Positions 38,525-47,492 of a stretch of DNA of 64,000 nucleotides are shown here, piece by piece. Source of the DNA: Candidatus Eiseniibacteriota bacterium (lineage in GTDB: Bacteria; Eisenbacteria; RBG-16-71-46). A program made the position numbers and the translations under genes. The DNA lies in contig JBGAOA010000014.1 of assembly GCA_044222065.1 (NCBI GenBank), positions 1 through 64,000 on the forward strand, read 5' to 3'. Under the pieces are notes generated by a model. The model saw only the letters and a program-made list of their open reading frames with translations. It was not told the origin of the DNA and ran no database searches. Positions within the stretch are counted from its first letter, which is position 1; each line of letters begins with the position of its first letter.

Positions 38525-39417
38525 GCGGCACCTCCGCTCGCGGCGGGCGCCGCCAGGCGTTCGCCCTTCTCCCAGCGGAAGAACCCGCGGCCGGACTTGC
38601 GGCCGAGGTGCCCCGCGCGCACGAGCTTCCGCAGCAGCGGGCACGGGCGGTATTTGAAGTCGCCGAGTTCGCGGAACAGGTGCTCCATCCAGCCGAGCAC
38701 CTTGTCGAGCCCGACGCGGTCGCAGTACTCGAGCGGTCCCATCTTGAATTCGTAGCCGAGGCGGATCGCGCGGTCCACGTCGTCGGCGCTCGCCACACCC
38801 TCGAGCACGAGGTGCATCGCCTCGTTCAGGAACGGGATCATCGCGCGCGTCACGACGTAGCCCGGCGTCTCGAACACCTCGATGACCTGCTTGCCGAGCA
38901 CGCCGGCGAGCGCGTGCGCCACGGCGAGCGTCGCGTCGCTCGTCTCGGCGCCGCGCACGAGTTCGACGATCGGGCTCGTCGTGACGGGATACAGGAAGTG
39001 CATGCCGACGACGCGATCGGGACGGCCGGACGCGGCGGCGATCTCGGTGATGCTGAGCGTCGAGGTGTTCGTCACGATGACGCGCTCCGGGGGACACACG
39101 GCGGCGATCGTGCGCATGACGTTCTTCTTGACCTCGAGGTCCTCGCTCACGGTCTCGATCACGAGGTCGCAGTCGGACGCCGGCCCCGGATCGGCGACGA
39201 ACGAAACGCGTCCGAGGATCGCTTTCTTCTCGGACGCCGTGATGCCCCACTTCGCGAGTTCCTGGTCGAGCGTCGCGACCAGTTCGGCGCGCGCCTCCTC
39301 GGCGCGCTGCGGCGACACCTCGAGCACGACGACGTCGATGCCGCTCGAGGCGACCTTCTCGGCGATGGACTTGCCCATCTGTCCGCCGCCCACGATTCCG
39401 ATCCTGCGGAATTCCAC
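38521..39417 (-). CDS. hbd: 3-hydroxybutyryl-CoA/3-hydroxyacyl-CoA dehydrogenase
   Basis: GIVGGGQMG, TNTSTLS, GMHF, NEA, MGPL..D.VGLD and LGRKSGRGF motifs; RBS GGAGG with GTG start. Confidence 0.9.
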   Translation of the reverse strand: MEFRRIGIVGGGQMGKSIAEKVASSGIDVVVLEVSPQRAEEARAELVATLDQELAKWGITASEKKAILGRVSFVADPGPASDCDLVIETVSEDLEVKKNVMRTIAAVCPPERVIVTNTSTLSITEIAAASGRPDRVVGMHFLYPVTTSPIVELVRGAETSDATLAVAHALAGVLGKQVIEVFETPGYVVTRAMIPFLNEAMHLVLEGVASADDVDRAIRLGYEFKMGPLEYCDRVGLDKVLGWMEHLFRELGDFKYRPCPLLRKLVRAGHLGRKSGRGFFRWEKGERLAAPAASGGAA

Positions 39418-39588
39418 GACCCACCTCCAGATGGCGTCCACGCCGGAATTGCACGACTCCGGCAAGCTACCAGAACGACTGCACGACCCGTGCCGCTCCG
39501 AGCCTCACAAGACGAGCGCCCCAGCCTTTCGAGGAAGGCCAGGGCGCCGTCGTCGTCACGCCGGGTCGGTGACCCCCGGCGCGAGGTG

Positions 39589-40161
39589 TCATCGGAAGTG
39601 CAGCGCCAGCGAGCCCATCGCGAAGAGATCGCCGCGCACGCTCGCCGTCTCACCGCCTCGAATGCCGCGGAAGCGGGTGGCGTACTCGCGCGCCTCCAAG
39701 CGCAGCGCGAGCCGGTGCGACTGAGTCTCGACGCCGAGGGCGCCGAACACCGCCGGACAGTTCTCCGCCTTCGACTCGCGATTGCCGTAGTCGAAGATCC
39801 GGACACCCGCCCCGAGCCCCGCGAACGGGCGCAGCCGCCACGTATTCGAGGGCGAGAAGGCGCTCACCTTCTCGAGACCGACATCCATCTGCCAGACGTT
39901 GACCGCGTTTCGCGACGCGAGCGCGCGATGCTCGCTGCGCGCGTACGCGAACGTCCCGCACAAATGGAGATCGCGATGCAGCTCGAGGCCGAACTGGACG
40001 CCCCCGAGCGGGGCGTCCTCGATCACGTCGCGCTGATCGCCGGTGGGGACGAGCGCCCCGACGATGGGGCGGAACTCGGGCGTGGCGGCGTGATCGGATT
40101 GCGCGAGCACGGGGCTCGCGACGAGCGAAACGAGCACGAGGGAAACGAGGACCGCACGCAT
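39589..40161 (-). CDS. Small outer-membrane beta-barrel protein (OmpA-like 8-strand)
   Basis: Signal peptide; LRPFAGLGAG, LALRLEAREY and alternating beta pattern with terminal LHF. Confidence 0.75.
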   Translation of the reverse strand: MRAVLVSLVLVSLVASPVLAQSDHAATPEFRPIVGALVPTGDQRDVIEDAPLGGVQFGLELHRDLHLCGTFAYARSEHRALASRNAVNVWQMDVGLEKVSAFSPSNTWRLRPFAGLGAGVRIFDYGNRESKAENCPAVFGALGVETQSHRLALRLEAREYATRFRGIRGGETASVRGDLFAMGSLALHFR

Positions 40162-40368
40162 GACGGCGCTCCCTTCGATCCGCCGCGCACGAGCGCGCCG
40201 GATCGAACCTGGCGCGCGCCGCGCCGGGACCGGCCGGGTCTCGATCCGATGTTTCGCAGCCGGTCCGGCATCCGCCTCGCGGTTTCGACCGCCCGGTTCG
40301 CCAGAGCCTTGTCCTTCGAAGGCGGTCGCTTTCGCCGCGGGGCGTGCGGCGCGCGAGCGTGCGACGGC

Positions 40369-40384
40369 TGCGACATCCGTGCCA
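40369..40384 (-). promoter_or_regulatory. sigma54-type promoter upstream of the OMP gene
   Basis: TGGCACGGATGTCGCA (TGGCACG...GC, GG-N10-GC); CTGAC/TGTCAG half-sites at 40422-40475. Confidence 0.45.
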
Positions 40385-40527
40385 TGCGTGAGGCGGCGCG
40401 ATGTGCTTGGCGCGCGCGCGACTGACAGGTACATGACCCGCCGCAGGGACTGACGAAGCGCGCGCGAGGTGTCAGGGTGGCAGCGGAATCTGGCGCGACG
40501 GCGCGCGCCGAACGGCGGCCCCTCGAC

Positions 40528-42342
40528 TCAATCCACGTGGCACTCGGCGCACACGGTGCGCGCGGGGATCGGGTCCTCGTTCTGCATCGTGTGGCACTTC
40601 TTGCAGTCGAGTCCCTGTTCGTCGTGCGCGACGTGCGAGAACTCGCCGAGGCGGCTCGCGATCGTGCGCTTCTTCACGTCGCCGTGGCAGGAGGCGCACT
40701 TCGCCTCCGGCATCCCGGGCGTGTGGTGGCAGTTCGCGCATCCGCTGCGGCCGAACTTCACGACCTCGCCCGGCGGCTTCTCGGCGTGCGGCCGGTGGCA
40801 CGCGCCGCACTCGAGCTTCGCCTCGCCGAGGTGCGAGCCGTGCGAGAACGCGTGGCCCTCGAACGCGCCCGTGCGCCGGTCGATGCCCATGTGACAGCTC
40901 AGGCACGCGGCCGAGTTCGGCGCGATGACCTTCCACGGCCGTCCGAGCGCCGCCATGCCCTTCGACTGGCGCGCCGCGTTCATCTGGTTGAACGCCTTCT
41001 CGAGCAGCGCGTACGAGTAGCTCACGTTGTGCACGCCGTGGCCGCGCGCAACGAGGCGGAAGTTCCAGAGCGCGTCCTCGAACGGCTTCGGCGGATCGGC
41101 GCCCATCGCGCCGACGGTCGCATCGAGCTGGCGGCGCAGCCCCTCGACGCGGTCGCCGATGCTCGCCTTCCACGTCGCGAACATGCCCTTGTACCTCGGG
41201 CCGTGGCACGCCATGCACGACACGTCGCTCGCCGTCGCGTTGTGCGGCCCCGCTTCGTCGGAAGCGTTCGCGGCCGGCGAGAGGCGCACGTCGTGGCAGC
41301 CCTCGCACGTCACGCCCGCGAGGAACATCGGCGACGGGCCGTCGGGCACGCCGCGTCCGCCGCGGCCCGAGTAGAGCTGCTGCTGCGGCGAGTGCCCGCT
41401 GCCGTGGCAGCGCTCGCAGTCGCCGGCGGCCTCGGCGATCGCCGGCACCGGCGGCTTCTGCCCGTGCTCGATCGTGAGGTGGCAGTCCACGCAGTCCACC
41501 TTGTGCTCGGTGACGTGCATCTGGTGCAGGAAATCGGGCTCGTTGATCTTCTCGAGCCGGTCGGGCTGGTTGTGACAGCTCTGGCAGCGCTCCTTCGGCA
41601 CCGCGCCGTCGCCGCTCACGACCGCGGCGTGGCAGCCGCGGCAGTCCATGCCGCTCTCGCGCACCTGCTTGTGGTTGAACGGCGCGCCGCTCGCCGTCTG
41701 CACGCGGTCCGGAATCGTGTGGCACGTCAGGCAGCGGCCCGTGCCGGCGTTCGGCGCCTGGCCCTTGAAGTGGCAGATCGCGCACGTGCTCGTCGTCACC
41801 GCGATGTGCGTGCCCTGTACGATCTGCGAGTGGCACGACGTGCAGCGCAACTTCATGCCGCGGCGCGTCTCGGTGAGGTGCGGGCGGTGATCGAACGTCA
41901 CCATGTGGTACTGCACCTTGCCTTCGATCAGGCGGCGGTCGTGGCAGCGCAGGCACGCGGCGTCGTCCACCTCGGCCCACGGCTTCGTGCCGTAGGTGGC
42001 CGTGAAGTACTTCACGACCATGGACATGGCCTCGTACTTCTTGCGGATCTCGGCGCCGACGCCGGGCGAGATGTGGCACTCGACGCACGCGATCTTCGAA
42101 TGCGCCGACACCTTCCACGACTCGTAGTACGGCTTCATGATGTGGCACGTCCCGCAGAACTGCGGCGTAGACGACACCTGGATGAAGCCGAACAGCGCGA
42201 CGAACCCGAGCGCGAGGGCGAGTCCGGCGGCGAACGTGACGATGCGAGTGGCGTTCGGCGCGAGCCGTCCGCCGCTGACGCGCGTCACCCACTTCGCGAG
42301 CGCCGAGTCGGGGCCGAGGCCGAAGCCCGGCAGTCGCGCCAC
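40528..42342 (-). CDS. Membrane-anchored 18-heme cytochrome c with NapC/NirT-like N-terminal domain
   Basis: Single TM followed by SSTPQFCGTCHIMKPYYESW..S.H..IACVECH (NapC/NirT signature); 18 CxxCH motifs in total. Confidence 0.9.
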   Translation of the reverse strand: MARLPGFGLGPDSALAKWVTRVSGGRLAPNATRIVTFAAGLALALGFVALFGFIQVSSTPQFCGTCHIMKPYYESWKVSAHSKIACVECHISPGVGAEIRKKYEAMSMVVKYFTATYGTKPWAEVDDAACLRCHDRRLIEGKVQYHMVTFDHRPHLTETRRGMKLRCTSCHSQIVQGTHIAVTTSTCAICHFKGQAPNAGTGRCLTCHTIPDRVQTASGAPFNHKQVRESGMDCRGCHAAVVSGDGAVPKERCQSCHNQPDRLEKINEPDFLHQMHVTEHKVDCVDCHLTIEHGQKPPVPAIAEAAGDCERCHGSGHSPQQQLYSGRGGRGVPDGPSPMFLAGVTCEGCHDVRLSPAANASDEAGPHNATASDVSCMACHGPRYKGMFATWKASIGDRVEGLRRQLDATVGAMGADPPKPFEDALWNFRLVARGHGVHNVSYSYALLEKAFNQMNAARQSKGMAALGRPWKVIAPNSAACLSCHMGIDRRTGAFEGHAFSHGSHLGEAKLECGACHRPHAEKPPGEVVKFGRSGCANCHHTPGMPEAKCASCHGDVKKRTIASRLGEFSHVAHDEQGLDCKKCHTMQNEDPIPARTVCAECHVD

Positions 42343-42343
42343 G

Positions 42344-43585
42344 TCAGGCGCCCTTCGTGCTCCGCTCCCGGAATCGCCGCAGCACGAGGAGCGTGAGGCC
42401 GACGTAGAACCAGAACAGCACGAGACCGACTTTCCGCCAGACGAGATCGTCGAGCTTGTGCTTCAACTCGCTGCGCACCTCGTGAGCGACCGACTTCGCG
42501 CGCGACGTGAAGCTCGCGACGGTGGTCGAGTCGAGCGAGTGCGCGGCGGGCAGCGCCTCGCGCAGCAACGTGCGGCCTTCTTCGACGCGCGACAGGTAGT
42601 CCTCGGTGCGGATCGGCACCGCGTCGGCCCTGGCCACGATCGCGGACGCCTGGTCGAGTTCGGCGGCGGCGTCCTTGTAGCTGTCGAACAGGCGCGCGCC
42701 GAGCCGCGTGAGCGGGGACGTCGCGCCGTGGCACTTCGCGCACGCCGACTCGAGCTTCTCGGGCGTCACGGTCGCGATGTCGTGGTGGCCGTGGCACCAC
42801 GCGCACTCGGAGTAGCCGGCCTTCGCGAGGTACGTGTTGTGGCCGCCCGCCATGAAGTAGCGGCGTTCCGCCGTGTGGCAGCGGCCGCAGACCTTGCTGA
42901 CGTCACCGACCGCGGGGGGCGAGGCGCCGTGGACGCCGTGGCAGCTCACGCACGTCGGCGCGCGGCGGTTGCCGTTGTCGAACAGTTCGTGCGCGTGGAC
43001 GCTCTTCGCGTAGTCGGTCGCGGCGCGCGCGGCCTTCGTGTCGCCGAGCTTCTTCGGATCGCCGTGGCACTCGCCGCAGGTGCGCGGGATGTTCGTGACG
43101 TACGTGCGGCTCGCGGGATCGTCCGCCGCGCGGATGTCGTGCGCGCCGTGACAGCTCGAGCACACGGCGACCTTCGTGTCGCCCTGCGCGAGCTTCTTCC
43201 CGTGGTCGGACGTCTGGTAGAGCGCGTACTGGTCCACCGGGAGGTCGTAGGGCCGCATCTGCGCTTCGTCGGAGTGGCAGGAGGCGCAGATCTTCGGCTC
43301 CTCGGCGCGCGTGATGCGGCCGACGAAGCCGCGGTGCGCTTCGCCCTGGTCGAGCGAGTGGTCGTTGCCGCCGTGGCACGAGACGCACTTCACGCCCTCG
43401 CGCGCGTGCGCGCTCGCGTCGTGCTGGACGCGCTCGGCCGGATGGCACGCGCCGCAGGTGCCGGCGTTCGGCGACAGCGGGCCGGGATCGCGCGGCGCCG
43501 CCGCGGCGCTCGCCGACGACGACGCGGCGGCGATCCACGCCGCGCATGCGAGCGCTGCCGCGAGTCGGATCGTGCGCGCGCTCAT
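42344..43585 (-). CDS. Nonaheme cytochrome c with C-terminal membrane anchor
   Basis: Signal peptide, 9 CxxCH motifs, helical region and TM (VGLVLFWFYVGLTLLVL); ATGA overlap with cytochrome b. Confidence 0.87.
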   Translation of the reverse strand: MSARTIRLAAALACAAWIAAASSSASAAAAPRDPGPLSPNAGTCGACHPAERVQHDASAHAREGVKCVSCHGGNDHSLDQGEAHRGFVGRITRAEEPKICASCHSDEAQMRPYDLPVDQYALYQTSDHGKKLAQGDTKVAVCSSCHGAHDIRAADDPASRTYVTNIPRTCGECHGDPKKLGDTKAARAATDYAKSVHAHELFDNGNRRAPTCVSCHGVHGASPPAVGDVSKVCGRCHTAERRYFMAGGHNTYLAKAGYSECAWCHGHHDIATVTPEKLESACAKCHGATSPLTRLGARLFDSYKDAAAELDQASAIVARADAVPIRTEDYLSRVEEGRTLLREALPAAHSLDSTTVASFTSRAKSVAHEVRSELKHKLDDLVWRKVGLVLFWFYVGLTLLVLRRFRERSTKGA

Positions 43586-44688
43586 CGGACGAACGCTCCC
43601 GCGATCGTGAGCGCGAGCCACACGCCGAACAGCGCGACGCCGCCGAGCTTCACGCGCTTCTCGTTCGCTTCGCCGCCGCGCGCGGCCCACACCGGCAGCA
43701 GCAGCACGGCGAACGCGATCACGAGCAGCACGAGTCCGATGATCCAGTCCGGCACCGGGAGCTTCTCGTACAGAAGCCAGGGCGCGAGCATGTACCACGG
43801 CGGCCGCACGCCTTCGGGCGTCGCGTACGGGTCCGCCGCCATCGAGAAGCGGAACGGCGCGAGCACCGCGGCGCTGACGAGCCCGGCGAACACGAGCAGC
43901 ATGAGGTTCGCGAGCGAGTAGTAGTGCTCGCGGTAGGTCACGGTCGGAGCGCCGGGATTCGAGACGCTCGACAGCCCGACGCGGCGGATCGTCGCGTAGG
44001 TCGCCCAGATCAGCACCGCGAACGCGACCGGGAACGTGATGATGTGGAACACGTAGAAACGGATCAGCACGTTCTCGGTGATGACGCGGCCGCCGAGCAG
44101 GAACGACAGGAAGCCGCCGACCACCGGCAGCGAGAACACGATCTCCATGCCGCGCACCGCCCGCCAGTAGGTGCCCGAATCCCACACGAGCAGCTGGCCC
44201 GTGAAGTCGGCCTGCAGCGCGAGCCACGCCATTGCGACCGCGCTCCACCACAGGATCTCGCGCGGCGCGCGCCACAGCCCGTCCCAGAAGAGGCGCACGA
44301 GCCGGACCGCCACGACGACGACGAGTGCGACGGCGCCCCACGCGTGGAGCTGGTGGATGAACCAGCCGAACGGCAGGTCGCGCACGATCGTGCGCGTACT
44401 CTCGAACGCGACCGTCGGCGACGGCACGTAGTAGAAGGCGAGCAGCAGCCCGGTCACGACTTCGATCGCGAACAGCACGACCGTGAGCGGCGCGAGCACC
44501 ATGGGCCAGCGATGGAAGTGCGGGATGCGGCGCGCGGCGAGCGCGTTCATCTCCTCGCGCAGAGGCTTCGACGCGTCCACCGGCGTGTACACCATGAGGA
44601 AGTGCGAGACGAACGCGAACGCCTCGGTGAGGTGGAGGCGCTGCTCGAGCCAGTCGAGCACGCCGCGAGTCGGCCGGGTCGCGCTCAT
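43582..44688 (-). CDS. Cytochrome b of bc-type complex (b6 + subunit IV fused), atypical His ligands
   Basis: TGLLLAFYYVPS...AFES, GWFI.QLHAWGA, FTGQLL.WD..YW, RFY.FH and P....PPWY (PEWY-like) motifs. Confidence 0.9.
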   Translation of the reverse strand: MSATRPTRGVLDWLEQRLHLTEAFAFVSHFLMVYTPVDASKPLREEMNALAARRIPHFHRWPMVLAPLTVVLFAIEVVTGLLLAFYYVPSPTVAFESTRTIVRDLPFGWFIHQLHAWGAVALVVVVAVRLVRLFWDGLWRAPREILWWSAVAMAWLALQADFTGQLLVWDSGTYWRAVRGMEIVFSLPVVGGFLSFLLGGRVITENVLIRFYVFHIITFPVAFAVLIWATYATIRRVGLSSVSNPGAPTVTYREHYYSLANLMLLVFAGLVSAAVLAPFRFSMAADPYATPEGVRPPWYMLAPWLLYEKLPVPDWIIGLVLLVIAFAVLLLPVWAARGGEANEKRVKLGGVALFGVWLALTIAGAFVR

Positions 44689-45158
44689 AGCCGGACGTAC
44701 ACCTCGCCCGCCCGCACCGCGACCTCGTAGGTCTTGAGCGGCTTCGGGGGCGGTCCCGAGATGACGTTGCCGCCGAGGTCGAAGCGACCGTCGTGGCACG
44801 GGCACACGATGATGCGGCGCTCGCGATCGAAGCCGAGGATGCAGCGCACGTGCGTGCACACGGCGCTCATCGCGACGACCTTCGTCGCGTCGGTGCGGAT
44901 CACGAAGAACGGCGTCGAGCCGTGGCGCACGAACTTCGCCTCGCCGACGCGCAGCGCCTCGAGCGGTCCGACGGGAACGATGCGCTCCGCCAGGTGGCGC
45001 TCGCGTTCGGGGGCGCGCAGGTACGAGAGCGTCGCGCCGAGGCCTCCGAGCGCCCACAGGCCGAGCAGCGCCTTGCTCATGTAGCCGAGAAAACCGCGCC
45101 GCGTGGTGGCCGAGTCGAGGACTCCGGCGTCACCCGCGGCGGGATCGTGCTCCGCCAT
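44685..45158 (-). CDS. Rieske 2Fe-2S protein of bc-type complex
   Basis: Tat motif TRRGFL plus TM; CTHVRC and CPCHDG boxes; GPPPKPL. Confidence 0.93.
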   Translation of the reverse strand: MAEHDPAAGDAGVLDSATTRRGFLGYMSKALLGLWALGGLGATLSYLRAPERERHLAERIVPVGPLEALRVGEAKFVRHGSTPFFVIRTDATKVVAMSAVCTHVRCILGFDRERRIIVCPCHDGRFDLGGNVISGPPPKPLKTYEVAVRAGEVYVRL

Positions 45159-45224
45159 GGCGGTCTCCGTGTGGGTTCGAGGCGGTCCGGCGAGCGGTCC
45201 GCGGCAGCTGCCGCGACCACGGAA

Positions 45225-45240
45225 GGCAACGGATATGCCG
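45225..45240 (-). promoter_or_regulatory. sigma54-type promoter upstream of the Rieske operon
   Basis: CGGCATATCCGTTGCC (GG-N10-GC with TTGC), about 67 nt upstream of the ATG. Confidence 0.5.
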
Positions 45241-45467
45241 ACGCCAAGACGGGGTCAAGTGCGGGTTTCCCGGGGGCCCGGCGCGCGACTCCGTCCCTGA
45301 GGCGTCGTCGTCGCGTGACGGAGTGGCAGGCGCGCTGACGCTTCGGGCATGCGGGCGGGCCGAATCGGCAGCGCCGGGCTTCCTCGCGACGGTCGAGGCG
45401 AGCGAGCGAGGAATTGACGCTTCGCGTATGGCGCGGCCCCGTGGCGAGCCGATATTGTCGCCACCTC

Positions 45468-45938
45468 ATGAAGCTCTCGGCCCTCCGATCCCGGCTCACC
45501 GCGCCGCTCGCGCTCGCGCTCTTCCTCACGGGCACGAACTGGTGCGCGCTCGCGGCCGTTCCGGGGCTCGTGCGCGCCGCGCGGCTGCCGGCCTGCGACC
45601 GCATCGCGGCCGCGACCGCTTCGCCGCGTTCGGCCGCTCGTTGCAGCCACTGCTGCGGCTCGACTTCGGCGGCCCGGCGCCCCGCCGCGCCCCAGCCGGC
45701 GAAGGCGCGCGGCACGATGCCGTGCTGCCTCGCGTTCGCCCCGGTCGTCGGCGCCTCGGCGGACGGGCTCGCCCCGAAGCTCGTCGCCGCCGGGTTCGTC
45801 GCGCTGTTCGCGCCCGTGCCCGCGAGCGGCGATCCGGACGTCGCCACGATCCGGCTGCGCCCGCCCGCGCGCAGCGAACGGCCTCCGGCCGCGCTCCACG
45901 CGTCCCCGCTCGCGGGACGCGCGCCTCCTTCGGCCTAG
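45468..45938 (+). CDS. Cys-rich leader protein ending in RAPP (DUF2946/CruR/CutF-like upstream ORF)
   Basis: Hydrophobic N-terminus, CSHCC and PCC, Pro-rich C-terminus GRAPPSA-stop; directly upstream of the cus operon. Confidence 0.7.
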   Translation: MKLSALRSRLTAPLALALFLTGTNWCALAAVPGLVRAARLPACDRIAAATASPRSAARCSHCCGSTSAARRPAAPQPAKARGTMPCCLAFAPVVGASADGLAPKLVAAGFVALFAPVPASGDPDVATIRLRPPARSERPPAALHASPLAGRAPPSA

Positions 45939-46106
45939 TCCGCGCGCTCTTCGGCGAGCGCCGCGCGTTGCGCGCGCCCGCCGCAAGCTGACGCGGCGTC
46001 GATCCCCGTCCGCCGAAGGCGCGCCGGCCGCTCCGGCAACCGCCTTCCCGATCGACTCGAGCCTCGAATCCGCCCGGGCGTGGTCCCGGCGGAAGGAGTG
46101 CGTCGC

Positions 46107-47492
46107 ATGTGGAAGTTCGCTTCGGGCGCGCGCGTGTGCGCGCTCGTCCTCGTGGCCGCGGCGCCGGCGCTCGCCCGCGCCGATGCGCCGTCCCGCGAAA
46201 CGCTGCCCGACCGCATCGTGTCCGTCGATTCGCTGTGGGTGCGCGGGAACGGCGACGTCACGTCGTCGCCCCCCGCGGGCGCCGAGCTGTCGCTCGACTG
46301 GGTCGAGCGGACCGTGCTCGAGCGCAACCCGACGCTCGCCGCAGCACGCGCCGCGGCGTCCGCCGCGGAGGCGGCCGCGCGCGCCGCCCGCGGGCTCGAA
46401 CCGCTGCGCGTCGCGGGCCTGGTGGCGCCGCGCACGCTCGGCGGCTACGACGCCGAGCTGCCGGGCGGCATGGGCACGATGCGCGCCGAGGCGGCGTGGA
46501 GCGTTTCCGCGTCTCAGCGGCTGCCGCTCTTCGGACGCCGCGGCGCGGCGGGCAGCGCCGCGCGCGGCGAGGCGCTCGCCGCGGGCGAAGCGCGCGAAGC
46601 GACGCGGCTCGATCTGCTCTACGAGGCGCGCGCGGCGTTCTACGAGGACTGGCGTCTCGCGCGCGAGCTCGAGACCAATCGCGAGCTGGTCACGCTCGTG
46701 AGCGCGACCCGCTCGGCGGCGCTCGCGCGCTACGGCGCGGGGCTCGCGCCGCAGGCCGATCCGCTGCGCGCCGAGGTCGAGCTCGCGCGGCTCGACCACG
46801 ATCGCGCGATGATCGAGCGCGACCAGCGCATCGTGCGCGCGCGGCTCGCCGCGCTGCTCCACGCGCCGCCGCGCGCCGAGCTGCCGCCGGCGCCGGCGTT
46901 CCTTCCGCATCTCGCCATCACCGCCGGAGAGGACGTCGAGCGCGCGCCCGAGGTTCGCGCGGCGGGCGCAATGCTCGACGCCTCGCGCGCGATGCTCGCG
47001 CTCGCCGGGCGCGAACGCCTGCCGGAGCTCGAACTCGAGGCGCGCTACGATCGCTTCATGGCCGACCCCGAGATGCGCTTCGCCGCGGGGCTCTCGATGG
47101 AGCTGCCGACGTGGCTCGGCGGCGCGGCTGCGAACGAGCGCTCGGCGCGGGCGCTCGTCGCGCGCGCCGAGGCCGAACGCGCGGCCGCCGTCGCCGAGTC
47201 CGCGAGGCGCAGGACCGAGGCGCGGGCGCGTCTCGAGGACGCGCGGCACGAACTCGCGATCCTCGTCGAGCGCGTCGTTCCGGCGAGCGAAGCGGCGCAG
47301 CGCGCGGCGCTGGCCGCCTACGAGGCGGGCCGGCTCGAGTTCGGCGCGCTGATCGCCACGACACGGGAGTGGGCCGAGGCGCGTCTCGACCGGTCGCGCG
47401 CCGAGGCGGACGAACGGCTCGCGGAGGCCGCGGTGGCGCGGGCGTCGTCGAACGACGCGCGGCCCGTGCGGCTCGAAGAGGAGGAGCGATGA
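46107..47492 (+). CDS. TolC-family outer-membrane efflux protein (CusC/CzcC-like)
   Basis: LERNPTLAAA, SQRLPLFG and AYEAGRLEF motifs; RBS AAGGAG. Confidence 0.88.
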   Translation: MWKFASGARVCALVLVAAAPALARADAPSRETLPDRIVSVDSLWVRGNGDVTSSPPAGAELSLDWVERTVLERNPTLAAARAAASAAEAAARAARGLEPLRVAGLVAPRTLGGYDAELPGGMGTMRAEAAWSVSASQRLPLFGRRGAAGSAARGEALAAGEAREATRLDLLYEARAAFYEDWRLARELETNRELVTLVSATRSAALARYGAGLAPQADPLRAEVELARLDHDRAMIERDQRIVRARLAALLHAPPRAELPPAPAFLPHLAITAGEDVERAPEVRAAGAMLDASRAMLALAGRERLPELELEARYDRFMADPEMRFAAGLSMELPTWLGGAAANERSARALVARAEAERAAAVAESARRRTEARARLEDARHELAILVERVVPASEAAQRAALAAYEAGRLEFGALIATTREWAEARLDRSRAEADERLAEAAVARASSNDARPVRLEEEER

